NCBI GenBank assembly: GCA_041746575.1
Contig: JBGTGT010000011.1
Location: 64,001 to 128,000 of the forward strand
DNA length: 64,000 nucleotides
Direction: 5' to 3'
From: Microcystaceae cyanobacterium
GTDB lineage: Bacteria; Cyanobacteriota; Cyanobacteriia; Cyanobacteriales; Microcystaceae
Under the pieces are notes generated by a model. It was not told where the DNA came from. It ran no database searches and saw nothing but the letters and a program-made list of their open reading frames with translations. Below are positions 41,524 to 51,965 of this stretch, in pieces; within the stretch, counting starts at the first letter, position 1, and the number at the start of each line of letters is the position of its first letter. A program made the translations under genes and the position numbers.

Positions 41524-42165
41524 TTAACTCCAGTCTCTTTGTAACTCTTCTACGACTCGGCGATAGTCCGCTTCGGCTTCTCGTGCATTTTTGCCTTTCC
41601 ATTCACTAATCGGTTTTCCATCTAAGACGGCACGTTCATGCGCTTTATAATTGCGTACAAAAGCGTGACAAGTAGGAATTCCCAACGCTAGTAAGGTATT
41701 TTGCGCTTCTAGAGTTTCTTTTAGGCTACGGGGATCAACTTTGGTTAATAACACCCGATGAGCGATCTTTAAAGGAATCACGGTCTGTTTAATCGTGTCA
41801 ATCAACGCTGTTAAATCCATCGGTGCGGCAGGGGTGGGCAACAGGACATAATCTGAAGCTGTGATCACCGCCTTGAGGGCTTCTGAACGAAGGGCAGGGG
41901 GCGTATCTACGATAATAAATCGATAATCCTTAATTTTGCGTAAATTGCTTAAAACAGAGGCTTCTATTTCTTGCGTTAAATCAAAGTTAAATCCTTTGTC
42001 ACTGCGTTCTACCCACCAAGTGGCCGACCCTTGAGGATCAGCATCAACTAATAAGATTTCTTGTTTTTCTGCTAAAATTGACGCCAAATTAACGGCTGTC
42101 GTGGTTTTCCCCACACCCCCTTTCCCATTCACTACAGCGAGAACTTTCGGACTCTCCAGACTCAT
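41524..42165 (-). CDS. mcdA: ParA/MinD ATPase, probable McdA (type 2)
   Basis: [19 protein letters not shown] (double Trp), VDTPP; no N-terminal HTH, no ParB. Confidence 0.75.
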   Translation of the reverse strand: MSLESPKVLAVVNGKGGVGKTTTAVNLASILAEKQEILLVDADPQGSATWWVERSDKGFNFDLTQEIEASVLSNLRKIKDYRFIIVDTPPALRSEALKAVITASDYVLLPTPAAPMDLTALIDTIKQTVIPLKIAHRVLLTKVDPRSLKETLEAQNTLLALGIPTCHAFVRNYKAHERAVLDGKPISEWKGKNAREAEADYRRVVEELQRDWS

Positions 42166-42240
42166 GCTTGTTTTGTGACCCCATGACCGAATCGTTCTTA
42201 CGATATCATGTTTTATTCCCCTCTTGCATCCATTAGGAAT

Positions 42241-42272
42241 CCCTCTCCCGAAGGAGAGGGGTTAGGGTGAGG
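42241..42272. repeat. REP-like palindromic repeat, related to 629-702
   Basis: CCCTCTCCCGAAGGAGAGGGGTTAGGGTGAGG. Confidence 0.65.
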
Positions 42273-42296
42273 ATTTTTTTGAGGAGCGAACAAACC

Positions 42297-43946
42297 TTAA
42301 AAACTAAAGGTGGTGCGAATTGTTCCAATCACAAGGGTCGAATTATTGTTGTTGTAATCAGGCGAGGTAATGATTAAAATGCCCGGCGTTAAGCTAATAT
42401 TGTCGTTGATTGCGTATTGATAAAAGGCTTCAATATGAAAAGAAGTATCTCCATCATTCGCTCGTCCATCATTCGGTAATAAAGGAGTTGAGTTGGACAC
42501 CCACGGTTGCATCCCGAAGACAATTCCCGCGATACTCCCTTCTTTGAAAGCGTCAGGAAAAGCAAGGGTGACTGCCCATTGCCAAATGTCTAATTGACCT
42601 CTGGATAACGTCCCTAAATCTTCATTTTCCACGGCATCTAAGGTTGAAGCATTGGTATATCCCCCCCATCCGCCTAGAACAAATTGCTCCGCTAATTGCC
42701 AAGAAAAGGTCAATCCGTAGGAATTGTGGGAGGTTGAGACACTTTCTCCGAAAATATCTTCGCTGAGGAACTGAAAGTTCGACTGACGACTCCCTGTTCC
42801 TGTATCCAAAGTATTATAACCATGAGTATAGACCAAAGCCACCCCAAAGGTTTCATTGGGAACATAACCTACTTGAGCGATCGCTCCATAAGCCCCATTG
42901 AACAAGCCGTTTCCTTCACTGGGATCGGCTCCATCTCTGGCTAAATAGCCCGCACTCAGTTCAAATGCGCCAAAATTTCCTTGAAGGCCTAAGCCTGTTC
43001 CTTCTCCTTGATAATAAAGGGGATTACGTGTACCGAAGGCAGAAATCGCCCCCGTTGCCCCATCTCCATCCAGAACATTCAAAGTATTGGTAAAGTCATC
43101 AAAAGCACCTCCTGCCGCTAAAACCCAAGCATTGACGTTATCACCAATGGAAAAATTATAATACAGCACTTCTAGAGCTAAATCACTATCATCGGGCTGA
43201 GAAAAAGCCAAAGTCCCTTGGAATGTTCCTACTTCTTCAGCTAGGTCGGGGATTGTCCCCGTAGCAAGACGAGTGTATAGATTATCTTCTCCGGTAAAGC
43301 TGGTATTTAATTCTAAGCGAGTTCGATGACCAAAAGTAGGAATTTGGGCAATATCTTCTGTTCCATTGTTTTTATCACCCGAAGCGACTCCCGATAAGCC
43401 TAAAACCACTTCTCCGGTCAATTTTGTGGTGGTAGAAAAGGAGTGATCTTCGATAAAGGCAACTCTCGATTCTAAATTATCAATTCTAGTGCCTAAAGCG
43501 GCGAGTTCAGTCTGAAATTCTGCAGCTAACCGTTTTAGTTTATCAATATCTTCCTGTGAAACGGCAACATTTTCTTGTAGCAGTCGTTCCATCGTATTTA
43601 AACAAGCATTTAGCCCGGCGGCGAATTCCCAGCGAGTCAAGGCTCGATTTCCCCTAAATGTACGGTCAGGATAGCCAACAATACAGCCATAGCGTTCCAC
43701 AAGGCTTCTGAGGGCTTCATACGCCCACGCAGTCGGTTCAACATCCCTTAATTCAGAGACGGAGGTCACTTGATTGGCAGAGAAGGAATTGCCCTGAGAA
43801 GGACGAAGGTAACCGTCGCCCAATGAGTTCTTTTGAGAGGCGACGATGGGCAAAGCCCAAACACCTTGAACGGGTATAAAAGAAAATCCTAACGCAATTA
43901 GGCTTAAATAAGCCCATTTTTGTCTATATTGTGACATTTGATTCAC
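42297..43946 (-). CDS. SLH-domain cyanobacterial porin (iron-uptake porin family)
   Basis: QVTSVSELRDV.PT.WAYEAL.SLVERYGC, FSTTTKL.GEV, C-terminal RTTFSF; GTG start with AAAGGAG SD. Confidence 0.92.
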   Translation of the reverse strand: MNQMSQYRQKWAYLSLIALGFSFIPVQGVWALPIVASQKNSLGDGYLRPSQGNSFSANQVTSVSELRDVEPTAWAYEALRSLVERYGCIVGYPDRTFRGNRALTRWEFAAGLNACLNTMERLLQENVAVSQEDIDKLKRLAAEFQTELAALGTRIDNLESRVAFIEDHSFSTTTKLTGEVVLGLSGVASGDKNNGTEDIAQIPTFGHRTRLELNTSFTGEDNLYTRLATGTIPDLAEEVGTFQGTLAFSQPDDSDLALEVLYYNFSIGDNVNAWVLAAGGAFDDFTNTLNVLDGDGATGAISAFGTRNPLYYQGEGTGLGLQGNFGAFELSAGYLARDGADPSEGNGLFNGAYGAIAQVGYVPNETFGVALVYTHGYNTLDTGTGSRQSNFQFLSEDIFGESVSTSHNSYGLTFSWQLAEQFVLGGWGGYTNASTLDAVENEDLGTLSRGQLDIWQWAVTLAFPDAFKEGSIAGIVFGMQPWVSNSTPLLPNDGRANDGDTSFHIEAFYQYAINDNISLTPGILIITSPDYNNNNSTLVIGTIRTTFSF

Positions 43947-43963
43947 GCTCCTTTCACCAAAAT

Positions 43964-44004
43964 AAAAATGATTATCATTATAAAATATAATGATTTTTTG
44001 TCAA
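43964..44004 (-). promoter_or_regulatory. Sigma70-type promoter with overlapping Fur box
   Basis: Minus strand TTGACA-N16-TATAAT; TATAATGATAATCATTTTT matches the canonical 19-bp Fur box at 16/19. Confidence 0.8.
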
Positions 44005-44041
44005 GAATGGGGGAGATTAAGCCGTTTACTCCCCTTCATCC

Positions 44042-44818
44042 TTAAAGTTGGGCTTGTTCATCAATTTTTGATACCAATTGAGAGACTTGATCCGGGGTTA
44101 CCTTAACAGAAGGGGGGGGTTCAACAGACGGCCAAGCTTGCTTCAAGGCAGTCAAATGGTTAGAAACCGCTTGGTCAATATCAGGTTTTTCTTGACTCAA
44201 AGAAGGGGCAATGGTTTGATACAGTTGCTCAGCGTAAAGAACAAATCCTCGTGAGTCTTGATATTCTAATAATTCTACAACTTTTCCATCAGCAACGGCC
44301 GCTGAATATTCTTCTTGAGCAGTGTCTAATAAATGGGTAATTACCATCAAGACGAAAGGCGAAGATTGGCGATCTGTTTCAGGGATGGCGGCGATCGCTG
44401 TGTCGATTCCGGCTACGGCTTCTTGGTACTTTTGGGGAATTTGAGCATTATTAGGATTCGTTTTTAGTAAGTCGTGCAACTGCGTTAGAGTGGCTTTAAA
44501 TTGAGGGACATTTCGTTCGGTCAATTCGGCTTCAATGTCGCCATAAAGCTCTTCAACGGGATGACCGACGTGAGGTTCAGCGGCTTGAGGTTTTCCTTTA
44601 TCTAGTAGCTCTTTCGCAACAATTAAATGACCTTTCATTAAGCCCAAACTGGTCATATAATCAACATTCTTATTTTGCATTTTTGAAACTGAATCCTGAC
44701 TTTGTTCGGTCTTTAGGTTGGTTTCAGAAACAGAGGTTTGATTAGGACGACCACAGCTACTTAGGGTCATCAGAAGTGTGGTTAAACTCAAAATAGAAAC
44801 GAGACGGAAAGTGTTCAT
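44042..44818 (-). CDS. Lipoprotein with His/Glu metal-binding-like motifs
   Basis: Lipobox LSSC; MKGHL, HVGHPVEELY, EEY, EYQDSRGF; all-helical. Confidence 0.8.
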   Translation of the reverse strand: MNTFRLVSILSLTTLLMTLSSCGRPNQTSVSETNLKTEQSQDSVSKMQNKNVDYMTSLGLMKGHLIVAKELLDKGKPQAAEPHVGHPVEELYGDIEAELTERNVPQFKATLTQLHDLLKTNPNNAQIPQKYQEAVAGIDTAIAAIPETDRQSSPFVLMVITHLLDTAQEEYSAAVADGKVVELLEYQDSRGFVLYAEQLYQTIAPSLSQEKPDIDQAVSNHLTALKQAWPSVEPPPSVKVTPDQVSQLVSKIDEQAQL

Positions 44819-44858
44819 GGACTTTTCTCCTTAAATGAATCAAAGAATAAATCGAAGT

Positions 44859-45872
44859 TTAAACGGGAACTATTTGAAACTTACCCATACACCCATATTC
44901 TGCAATTGAATCTTGATGGGGATGGAACATATATTGACCGGGATAAGGATAGGAAAACTCTAGAATATGGCGTTCTGCTGTTCCCATTGTCACTACATCG
45001 CTTTCTTCATCAGGGGTTAAACTTCTACCCGTTCGATAAAGTTTAAATAAATTGCCGTGAATATGAAAAGTTACCGCCGCATCAAATTCAATCATATTTA
45101 AAAGATAGAGCCTCACTAATTGATTTTGATAAATAGGAATGGGATGATCTCGATAATAATTGGGAATGCCATTAAAAGCATATAAATCATTACGTTGTCG
45201 ATTCTTTAAATCATACCCTCCCATCACCATAATTATTTCATCGGCAGGAGGGCGATCTTGAGGTGGATCGATAATAAATAAACCATACAATCCTTTACTA
45301 ATATGACGAGTTACTGGGGCAACATGACAATGATATAAATGAACGCCATAGGGGTAGGCATCAAATTCATAAACAAAGGTTTTGCCATGACGTATGCCTT
45401 GCACACCATCCATTTCGGCCGGATGATTTCCGTGAAAATGTAAGCTATGGGAATGGCCGTCTTCGTTATGAAAAATAACCCGAATTCTATCTCCTTCTTT
45501 TGCCCTTAAGGTGGGAGCAGGCACTTGATTATTAATGTTCCAGCTAATGTAAGAAATTCCTGAGTTGAGGTGTAAAAGACTGCTGTTTGCCGTCAGTTCA
45601 TATTCCCGAATCGTTCTGCCATTTTCTTGCTTAATTTTTCCAGCATTAAATGTCCTTAAAATCTGCATCGGATCAAAAGGATTTTTGAGGGTAGATTTTG
45701 CAGAATAAGGAGGCATCGATTCTACTTCAGCTCTGGGAATTTTAACAGAAGAGGAAGCCGATAAAAGATGGTGAATTCCCATGATTCCTAATCCGAATCC
45801 TAAGCCAGTCCCTCCAATCAGGAATTGACGACGATGCCACAATTTAGGAGAATTGAACCGATTAAATGTCAT
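44859..45872 (-). CDS. Two-domain multicopper oxidase with Tat signal
   Basis: RRQFL; domain 1 HSLHFH and HCH..H....L; domain 2 FHIH and HPH. Confidence 0.9.
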   Translation of the reverse strand: MTFNRFNSPKLWHRRQFLIGGTGLGFGLGIMGIHHLLSASSSVKIPRAEVESMPPYSAKSTLKNPFDPMQILRTFNAGKIKQENGRTIREYELTANSSLLHLNSGISYISWNINNQVPAPTLRAKEGDRIRVIFHNEDGHSHSLHFHGNHPAEMDGVQGIRHGKTFVYEFDAYPYGVHLYHCHVAPVTRHISKGLYGLFIIDPPQDRPPADEIIMVMGGYDLKNRQRNDLYAFNGIPNYYRDHPIPIYQNQLVRLYLLNMIEFDAAVTFHIHGNLFKLYRTGRSLTPDEESDVVTMGTAERHILEFSYPYPGQYMFHPHQDSIAEYGCMGKFQIVPV

Positions 45873-46138
45873 TAAAATACCTTTCCTTCTTGAACCGTTT
45901 CAATACATAGCGCATCTGCTTCTGGCCGACTGAGTTGAATTAACTTTCCTTGCACCTCAATAACATAGGAAAAAGGGTCGGGAAAATGAGGGCGAATCAT
46001 GATAAAACGGGTTTCTGGTGCTAATCCTAATTGCAATAATCTGCCGATGTATCCTCGAAACGCTTTATCGTAACCCACAATATAGCCTTGAGAGCCGATC
46101 GCCAAATCCTTGAGGTGAGTTGCCATTTCTAGATTCAT
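45872..46138 (-). CDS. feoA: FeoA domain protein
   Basis: L.DL..G..G.IVG.....RLLQLGL.P......I.LSR.EA pattern; TAATG overlap with oxidase start. Confidence 0.8.
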   Translation of the reverse strand: MNLEMATHLKDLAIGSQGYIVGYDKAFRGYIGRLLQLGLAPETRFIMIRPHFPDPFSYVIEVQGKLIQLSRPEADALCIETVQEGKVF

Positions 46139-46237
46139 AAAACAAACAGGATTAACAACAATAATTAAAAGGTCAACGTTACGGCTAATCAATTAGATCA
46201 GGCAAAAAAAATTCACCTGATCTCTATTGAGTTGAAT

Positions 46238-47290
46238 TTACTTCCACCCACTGCGGTTCATTACTTGTACGGCTTTCCCTAAATTGGGTCCATAATCCGC
46301 TACACTGGCGACATCTGACTTAAATGCACCAAATTTCTGTAGAATAGGATCAAGCGTAACGCCTGAAACAACCGGATATTCTAAGTTTCCTTGGGCAAAA
46401 AAAGCTTGAGCAGAAGGGCTGACTAAGTATTCTAAGAACTTAATTCCTGCTTCTTTATTTTGAGATGTCTTAACGATTCCTGCTCCGCTAACGTTAACTT
46501 GCGCCCCTCTTCCCTTTTGATCGGGGAAAAAGAGTCCTACTTTCTCAAAAATCGCTCTTTTGACGGGATCTTTATCATCACCAAGTTTAGCTAAGTAGTA
46601 GCTATTGGCTAGGGCTAAATCCCCTACTCCTGCTGCGATCGCTTCAATCTGTGCTGTATCGTTTCCCTGAGGCGGACGGGCAAAATTACTAACCAACCCC
46701 CGACACCACTGTTCAGTCGCTTTTTCGCCTCTGGTATCAATAAACCATGCTACAAAAGACTGATTGTAGATATTGCTGGAAGAACGGACTAAAATCTTGC
46801 CTTTCCATTTAGGATTGGCTAAATCCTCATAGGTTGAAAGTTGAGAGGGGTTAATCCTGCCCTTATTGTACATAATCACTCTCAAACGTTTACTAAAAGA
46901 AAACCATAATCCTTTAGGATCTCTTAGATAAGCAGGAATTTTTTGATTGAGAACCTTAGAATTCACTGGCGTAAAGATTCCTTCCTGTGCCGCCCGCCAC
47001 AATCGTCCAGCATCAACGGTGATTAGAACGTCAGCCGGACTGTTGCGCCCTTCACTCTTGATCCGTTGAATTAAGGGATCAGCTTCCCCTTCAATCAGAT
47101 TGACTTTAATACCTGTTTGTTGGGTGAAATTGTCATAAAGTCGTTTATCTGTGTTGTAATGACGAGCAGAATAAAGATTAAGGGCTTTTGTTTGGGCTAA
47201 ACTCTGTTTGACGTGTAAAATCGGACTCACCGCTACAGTAGCGGCCGCAACCCCTGTCCCTAAAAAGATGCGTCTGGTGATTTTGCTCAT
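46238..47290 (-). CDS. futA: Fe(III) ABC transporter substrate-binding protein (FutA1/IdiA-like)
   Basis: Tat TRR.FL; LYSARHY, TVDAGRL, RSSSNIYNQS, ANSYY, NVSGAG. Confidence 0.93.
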   Translation of the reverse strand: MSKITRRIFLGTGVAAATVAVSPILHVKQSLAQTKALNLYSARHYNTDKRLYDNFTQQTGIKVNLIEGEADPLIQRIKSEGRNSPADVLITVDAGRLWRAAQEGIFTPVNSKVLNQKIPAYLRDPKGLWFSFSKRLRVIMYNKGRINPSQLSTYEDLANPKWKGKILVRSSSNIYNQSFVAWFIDTRGEKATEQWCRGLVSNFARPPQGNDTAQIEAIAAGVGDLALANSYYLAKLGDDKDPVKRAIFEKVGLFFPDQKGRGAQVNVSGAGIVKTSQNKEAGIKFLEYLVSPSAQAFFAQGNLEYPVVSGVTLDPILQKFGAFKSDVASVADYGPNLGKAVQVMNRSGWK

Positions 47291-47319
47291 TGCGTATTAT
47301 TATCAATAGTGCCTTTGGC

Positions 47320-47349
47320 ATTGTATCACTATTAGGAATTATTCTTAAT
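47320..47349 (-). promoter_or_regulatory. futA promoter with Fur-like palindrome
   Basis: Minus strand ATTAAGAAT-A-ATTCCTAAT (47331-47349) upstream of extended -10 TGATACAAT. Confidence 0.65.
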
Positions 47350-47849
47350 AAATTTTCGAGCTAGAGTCTTTTAGGGGCGAGTTTCAAGGTCAGCGATTTT
47401 TGAAAAGCTTTACAGTGTAAGTATTCTAGCTTTGCCTTCAATGGGGGTACGCTTATCTGTTATTTGTCTTGATTACAGAAGGGATGACTGAACGAATCAA
47501 GGATTTAAAGTTTGAGGAAGGCAGGTGCTAGAGTTACCTTAGTTACTATAATTGACGATAAGTCCTACTTAAGATAAGCTTTATTTTTATTTTATTTTAT
47601 TTTTATTTTGTCCCCTCCTCAACCACTCAATTGCTGATAAAGCTTTTCGATAATGTTTATTCAAATGAGCCTTAGACTGACAATCAATTAGCATTTACCT
47701 CAACCATCAATCGTCATTTATCATACTGCTAGACCCGACGCTTGTCGTCTGCTTAGGAATTCAGGAATTTATGACTTAATATTGCAAACATTTGTTACAA
47801 ATAGTAAACTAGCCATTTAAGCCCTTATCAAACGACCTTTAACCCAAAG

Positions 47850-50804
47850 ATGCCTAACTTGGATATTGCCGCAAATCTTGACAGTACCACCTACCAAATA
47901 GCAGAATCCTTTAATAATATACTTTCACCTATGGATTCCTTTGCTCATCGCCATATCGGACCTAATACGGATGAAATTGAGCAGATGCTCAAAATCTTAG
48001 GGGTTGCCACCTTAGATGATTTAATTGACAAAACCGTTCCAAGTGCTATTCGTCTACAAAATCCTTTAAATTTACCCCCTGCACAAAGCGAATATACTGC
48101 TTTATCCAAATTAAAATCTATTGCTTCTAAAAATAAAGTTTATCGTTCCTATATTGGCGCAGGGTACTATGATTGTATAACCCCTCCCGTTATTCTACGC
48201 AATATTTTAGAAAATCCAGGTTGGTACACCGCTTATACTCCTTATCAAGCAGAAATTGCTCAAGGTCGTCTTAAAGCTTTGCTTAACTTTCAAACGGTAA
48301 TTATAGAGTTGACTGGCTTAGAAATTGCCAATGCGTCTCTCTTGGATGAAGGTACGGCGGCGGCAGAGGCGATGGCGATGAGTTATGGGCTGTGCAAGAA
48401 TAAGGATGCTAACGCCTTTTTTGTTTCCTGTCACTGTCACCCCCAGACCATTGAAGTGATTAAAACTCGTGCCTATCCTTTAGGTATTGAGGTAATTGTG
48501 GCAGACTATCGCTTATTTGAGTTTGATATACCTATATTCGGTGCATTATTACAATATCCTGCGACAGATGGAACTTTGTTTGATTATCGCACCTTTGTCG
48601 AAAATGCGCATAACAGGGGTGCATTGGTAACGGTTGCCGCAGATCCCTTAAGCTTGGCGATTTTAACCCCTCCGGGGGAATTTGGGGCAGATATCGCCGT
48701 CGGCAGTACCCAACGCTTCGGTGTACCGATGGGATATGGGGGACCTCATGCGGCTTACTTCGCTACGAAAAAAGACTATCAACGGCAAATTCCGGGGCGA
48801 ATTGTCGGCGTTTCTAAAGATAAAAATGGTAATCCTGCTTTACGCTTGGCATTACAAACCCGTGAGCAACATATTCGACGAGATAAGGCAACCAGTAACA
48901 TTTGTACGGCGCAGGTATTATTAGCGGTGATCGCATCAATGTATGCAGTGTATCATGGGGCTGAGGGAATTAAAAATATTGCTCAACGGGTACACCAATT
49001 AACCGTAATTTTAGCAGAAGGCTTAAAACGACTTAATTATTCTCTTAAATCTGAAGTTTTCTTCGATACTCTTCATATTGGAGTTGGCGAAGCCAGTGTT
49101 AGTGCGTTGATGCAAGCGGCACAACAACAGAAGATTAATCTACGCTTAATGGATAGGGGAGCAGTGGGAATAAGTCTAGATGAAACGACGACTATCGCCG
49201 ACATTGTAGATTTATGGCAGATTTTCGCCGCAAAAGATGAACTACCTTTTACAGTAGAAGAAATCGCCAAAACCGCTAATTTTGACATTCCTATCTTCTT
49301 TAAGCGTACCAGTGCCTATTTAACTGCTCCCTTGTTTAACCAAAATCACTCAGAAACCGAATTACTCCGTTATTTGCATCAATTAGAAAGCAAAGATTTA
49401 GCCTTGAACACATCCATGATTCCGCTAGGGTCGTGTACCATGAAGTTGAATGCGACGGCTGAAATGATTCCCGTGACTTGGCCGGAATTTGGCAAATTGC
49501 ATCCCTTTACACCGTTAGAGCAAGCAGAAGGCTACCAAATCTTATTTCAACAACTAGAAGCATGGTTAAGCGAGATTACAGGCTTTGAAGGTATTTCTCT
49601 TCAACCCAATGCCGGTTCTCAAGGGGAATATGCTGGATTGCAAGTGATTGCCAAATATCACGAAAATCGAGGGGAAACTCAACGTAATGTCTGTTTAATT
49701 CCCGAATCTGCTCACGGAACGAATCCCGCTAGTGCGGTTATGTGTGGCATGAAGGTTATTGCCGTAAAATGTGATACACAAGGAGATATTAACCTTGCCG
49801 ACTTAAAGGCAAAAGCAGAGAAACACGCAGATAACTTAGCCGCCTTGATGGTGACGTATCCTTCCACTCATGGCGTATTTGAAGAAGGAATTACAGAGAT
49901 TTGTGACATTATTCATCAATATGGTGGACAAGTCTATATGGATGGAGCAAATATGAACGCACAAGTCGGTTTATGCCGTCCTGCTGACTTTGGCGCAGAC
50001 GTTTGTCACTTGAATTTACATAAAACCTTCTGTATTCCCCACGGGGGAGGTGGCCCCGGTATGGGTCCGATTGGAGTAAAATCTCATCTAGTTCCCTTCT
50101 TACCCGATACTAACTTAATCTTATCTCAGTTATCTACCGAAAGCAACGGCAAACAGTTAGATACGATTGGTGCCATTTCTGCCGCACCTTGGGGAAGTGC
50201 CAGTATTTTGGTCATTTCTTGGATGTATATTGCCATGATGGGAGCGGAAGGGTTAACCGATGCGACTAAGGTGGCGATATTAAATGCAAACTACATTGCT
50301 AAGCGATTAGAACCCTATTATCCTGTTTTATTCAAGGGTAGCAACGATTTTGTCGCTCATGAATGTATTATTGATTTACGTCCCCTCAAAAAGCGCGCTG
50401 GGGTAGAGGTAGAAGACGTCGCTAAGCGATTGATGGACTTCGGTTTCCATGCACCGACGGTATCTTGGCCGGTTATTGGTACAGTGATGATAGAACCGAC
50501 CGAAAGCGAATCTCAAGCCGAATTAGATCGTTTTTGTGAGGCGATGATTGCCATTTACCAAGAGGGAGAAGCAATAGGAAAAGGCGAAATTGATGCAACG
50601 AATAACCCTTTGAAAAATGCACCTCATACCGCACAAAGTGTCGTCTGTGGAGAGTGGAATCATCCCTATTCTCGCGAACAGGCGGCCTATCCTGCGTCAT
50701 GGACAAAGGAACATAAATTCTGGCCGGTTGTAGGACGAATTGATAATGCTTATGGAGACAGAAATTTAATTTGTTCTTGCGAAGGAATGGAGGCTTATCA
50801 GTAA
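47850..50804 (+). CDS. gcvP: Glycine dehydrogenase (glycine cleavage P protein)
   Basis: [35 protein letters not shown] lysine [17 protein letters not shown]. Confidence 0.97.
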   Translation: MPNLDIAANLDSTTYQIAESFNNILSPMDSFAHRHIGPNTDEIEQMLKILGVATLDDLIDKTVPSAIRLQNPLNLPPAQSEYTALSKLKSIASKNKVYRSYIGAGYYDCITPPVILRNILENPGWYTAYTPYQAEIAQGRLKALLNFQTVIIELTGLEIANASLLDEGTAAAEAMAMSYGLCKNKDANAFFVSCHCHPQTIEVIKTRAYPLGIEVIVADYRLFEFDIPIFGALLQYPATDGTLFDYRTFVENAHNRGALVTVAADPLSLAILTPPGEFGADIAVGSTQRFGVPMGYGGPHAAYFATKKDYQRQIPGRIVGVSKDKNGNPALRLALQTREQHIRRDKATSNICTAQVLLAVIASMYAVYHGAEGIKNIAQRVHQLTVILAEGLKRLNYSLKSEVFFDTLHIGVGEASVSALMQAAQQQKINLRLMDRGAVGISLDETTTIADIVDLWQIFAAKDELPFTVEEIAKTANFDIPIFFKRTSAYLTAPLFNQNHSETELLRYLHQLESKDLALNTSMIPLGSCTMKLNATAEMIPVTWPEFGKLHPFTPLEQAEGYQILFQQLEAWLSEITGFEGISLQPNAGSQGEYAGLQVIAKYHENRGETQRNVCLIPESAHGTNPASAVMCGMKVIAVKCDTQGDINLADLKAKAEKHADNLAALMVTYPSTHGVFEEGITEICDIIHQYGGQVYMDGANMNAQVGLCRPADFGADVCHLNLHKTFCIPHGGGGPGMGPIGVKSHLVPFLPDTNLILSQLSTESNGKQLDTIGAISAAPWGSASILVISWMYIAMMGAEGLTDATKVAILNANYIAKRLEPYYPVLFKGSNDFVAHECIIDLRPLKKRAGVEVEDVAKRLMDFGFHAPTVSWPVIGTVMIEPTESESQAELDRFCEAMIAIYQEGEAIGKGEIDATNNPLKNAPHTAQSVVCGEWNHPYSREQAAYPASWTKEHKFWPVVGRIDNAYGDRNLICSCEGMEAYQ

Positions 50805-51046
50805 AAATTAATTCATTTTGGGGTGGTTTTCATTACTCACCCTCTTTCTATTACTACAGCAAGATGAAATCCAAGCTTTAATTAATTACTATTAAAGAGA
50901 CTGAACCCCGTGCAACGGGAGGACGAAAATAAGGGGGTTTACAAGAGCGGATTTAGTATTAAATATTTAGATAACTGAGTCAAATTCATCAAAACTAATC
51001 TTGGTTGAAGGTTGGCACTAACAAGAAGAATAATAAGGAGAATAAC

Positions 51047-51817
51047 TTGATAAACCATTCATTTTTGTTTTACAGTATTACGTTTTTTGGAATTATTTTG
51101 GCACGATATTTTTTGGTAGCAGGGGGAACTTATTTGTTCTTCTATTCGCTCTTTAGCCAGTCTTTTGCTAATCCTAATCTCCCCCATCACTCTCCCTCAC
51201 GGCGAGCCATTCAACGTGATATTAAACTCTCCGTTCTCTCAGCAGTAATATTCGCATTGGCAGGGGAATTTATCTTGTCAGCCTACAGTAGAGGCATGAC
51301 TCGTTTATACCATCAATCTGACCTCTATGGACTGTGGTATTTAGGGATTAGTTATGGCGCAGTCTTAATTCTTCAAGATACTTATTTCTATTTTACCCAC
51401 CGCTGGTTTCACCATCCGTCCCTCTTTCGATGGTTGCATCAAGGGCATCATCAATCCCGTTATCCCACCCCTTGGACTTCTTTTGCTTTTGATCCCTCGG
51501 AGGCGATTGTTCAGTCTCTTTTTCTGGTAGGTATTGTCTTTATTCTTCCTTTGCACTTCATCACATTAATCGCGGTACTGATAACGATGACCGTTTGGGC
51601 TGTATTAAATCATCTAGGGATTGATCGTTTGCCCCTTTCATTTCCTCATCATTGGCTTGGTCGGTGGTTTATTGGTCCGGCTCATCATTCGATTCATCAT
51701 ATTAATTATACTGTACATTATGGTCTATATTTTACGTTTTGGGACCGACTGCTTGGCACCCAACATCCTAGCTACAAAAAGCAGTTCTCAGATTCAACTC
51801 ATTCAACAACAACCTAA
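51047..51817 (+). CDS. Sterol desaturase / fatty acid hydroxylase family
   Basis: His boxes HRWFH, HQGHH, HHSIHH; TTG start after AAGGAG. Confidence 0.88.
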   Translation: MINHSFLFYSITFFGIILARYFLVAGGTYLFFYSLFSQSFANPNLPHHSPSRRAIQRDIKLSVLSAVIFALAGEFILSAYSRGMTRLYHQSDLYGLWYLGISYGAVLILQDTYFYFTHRWFHHPSLFRWLHQGHHQSRYPTPWTSFAFDPSEAIVQSLFLVGIVFILPLHFITLIAVLITMTVWAVLNHLGIDRLPLSFPHHWLGRWFIGPAHHSIHHINYTVHYGLYFTFWDRLLGTQHPSYKKQFSDSTHSTTT

Positions 51818-51965
51818 CTTGCTTATTGTTTAAGCCAAAATCAAAATAGATTAACTATCTTTTTAACCTTACATTTTAAACTTAGATAAAAAACCTTTTG
51901 CCATAATATTTCCTCTTAACTGAGAGAACGAAAATAATTTTAATAGTCGGAATCATTTTGCTTTT

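Noticed and set aside
41524..42165. Plasmid or chromosome partition locus
   Set aside because: No ParB, parS or rep gene; the context is chromosomal and the partner's features fit McdB better
47350..47849. Glycine riboswitch upstream of gcvP
   Set aside because: Lacks the conserved GGAGA...CCGAAG...CTCTCAGG aptamer elements; the region is AT-rich with a (TTTTA)n run near 47583-47609
50850..50960. Possible MITE remnant after gcvP
   Set aside because: Only a small hairpin and an end-like motif; no matching terminal inverted repeat or second copy in the window
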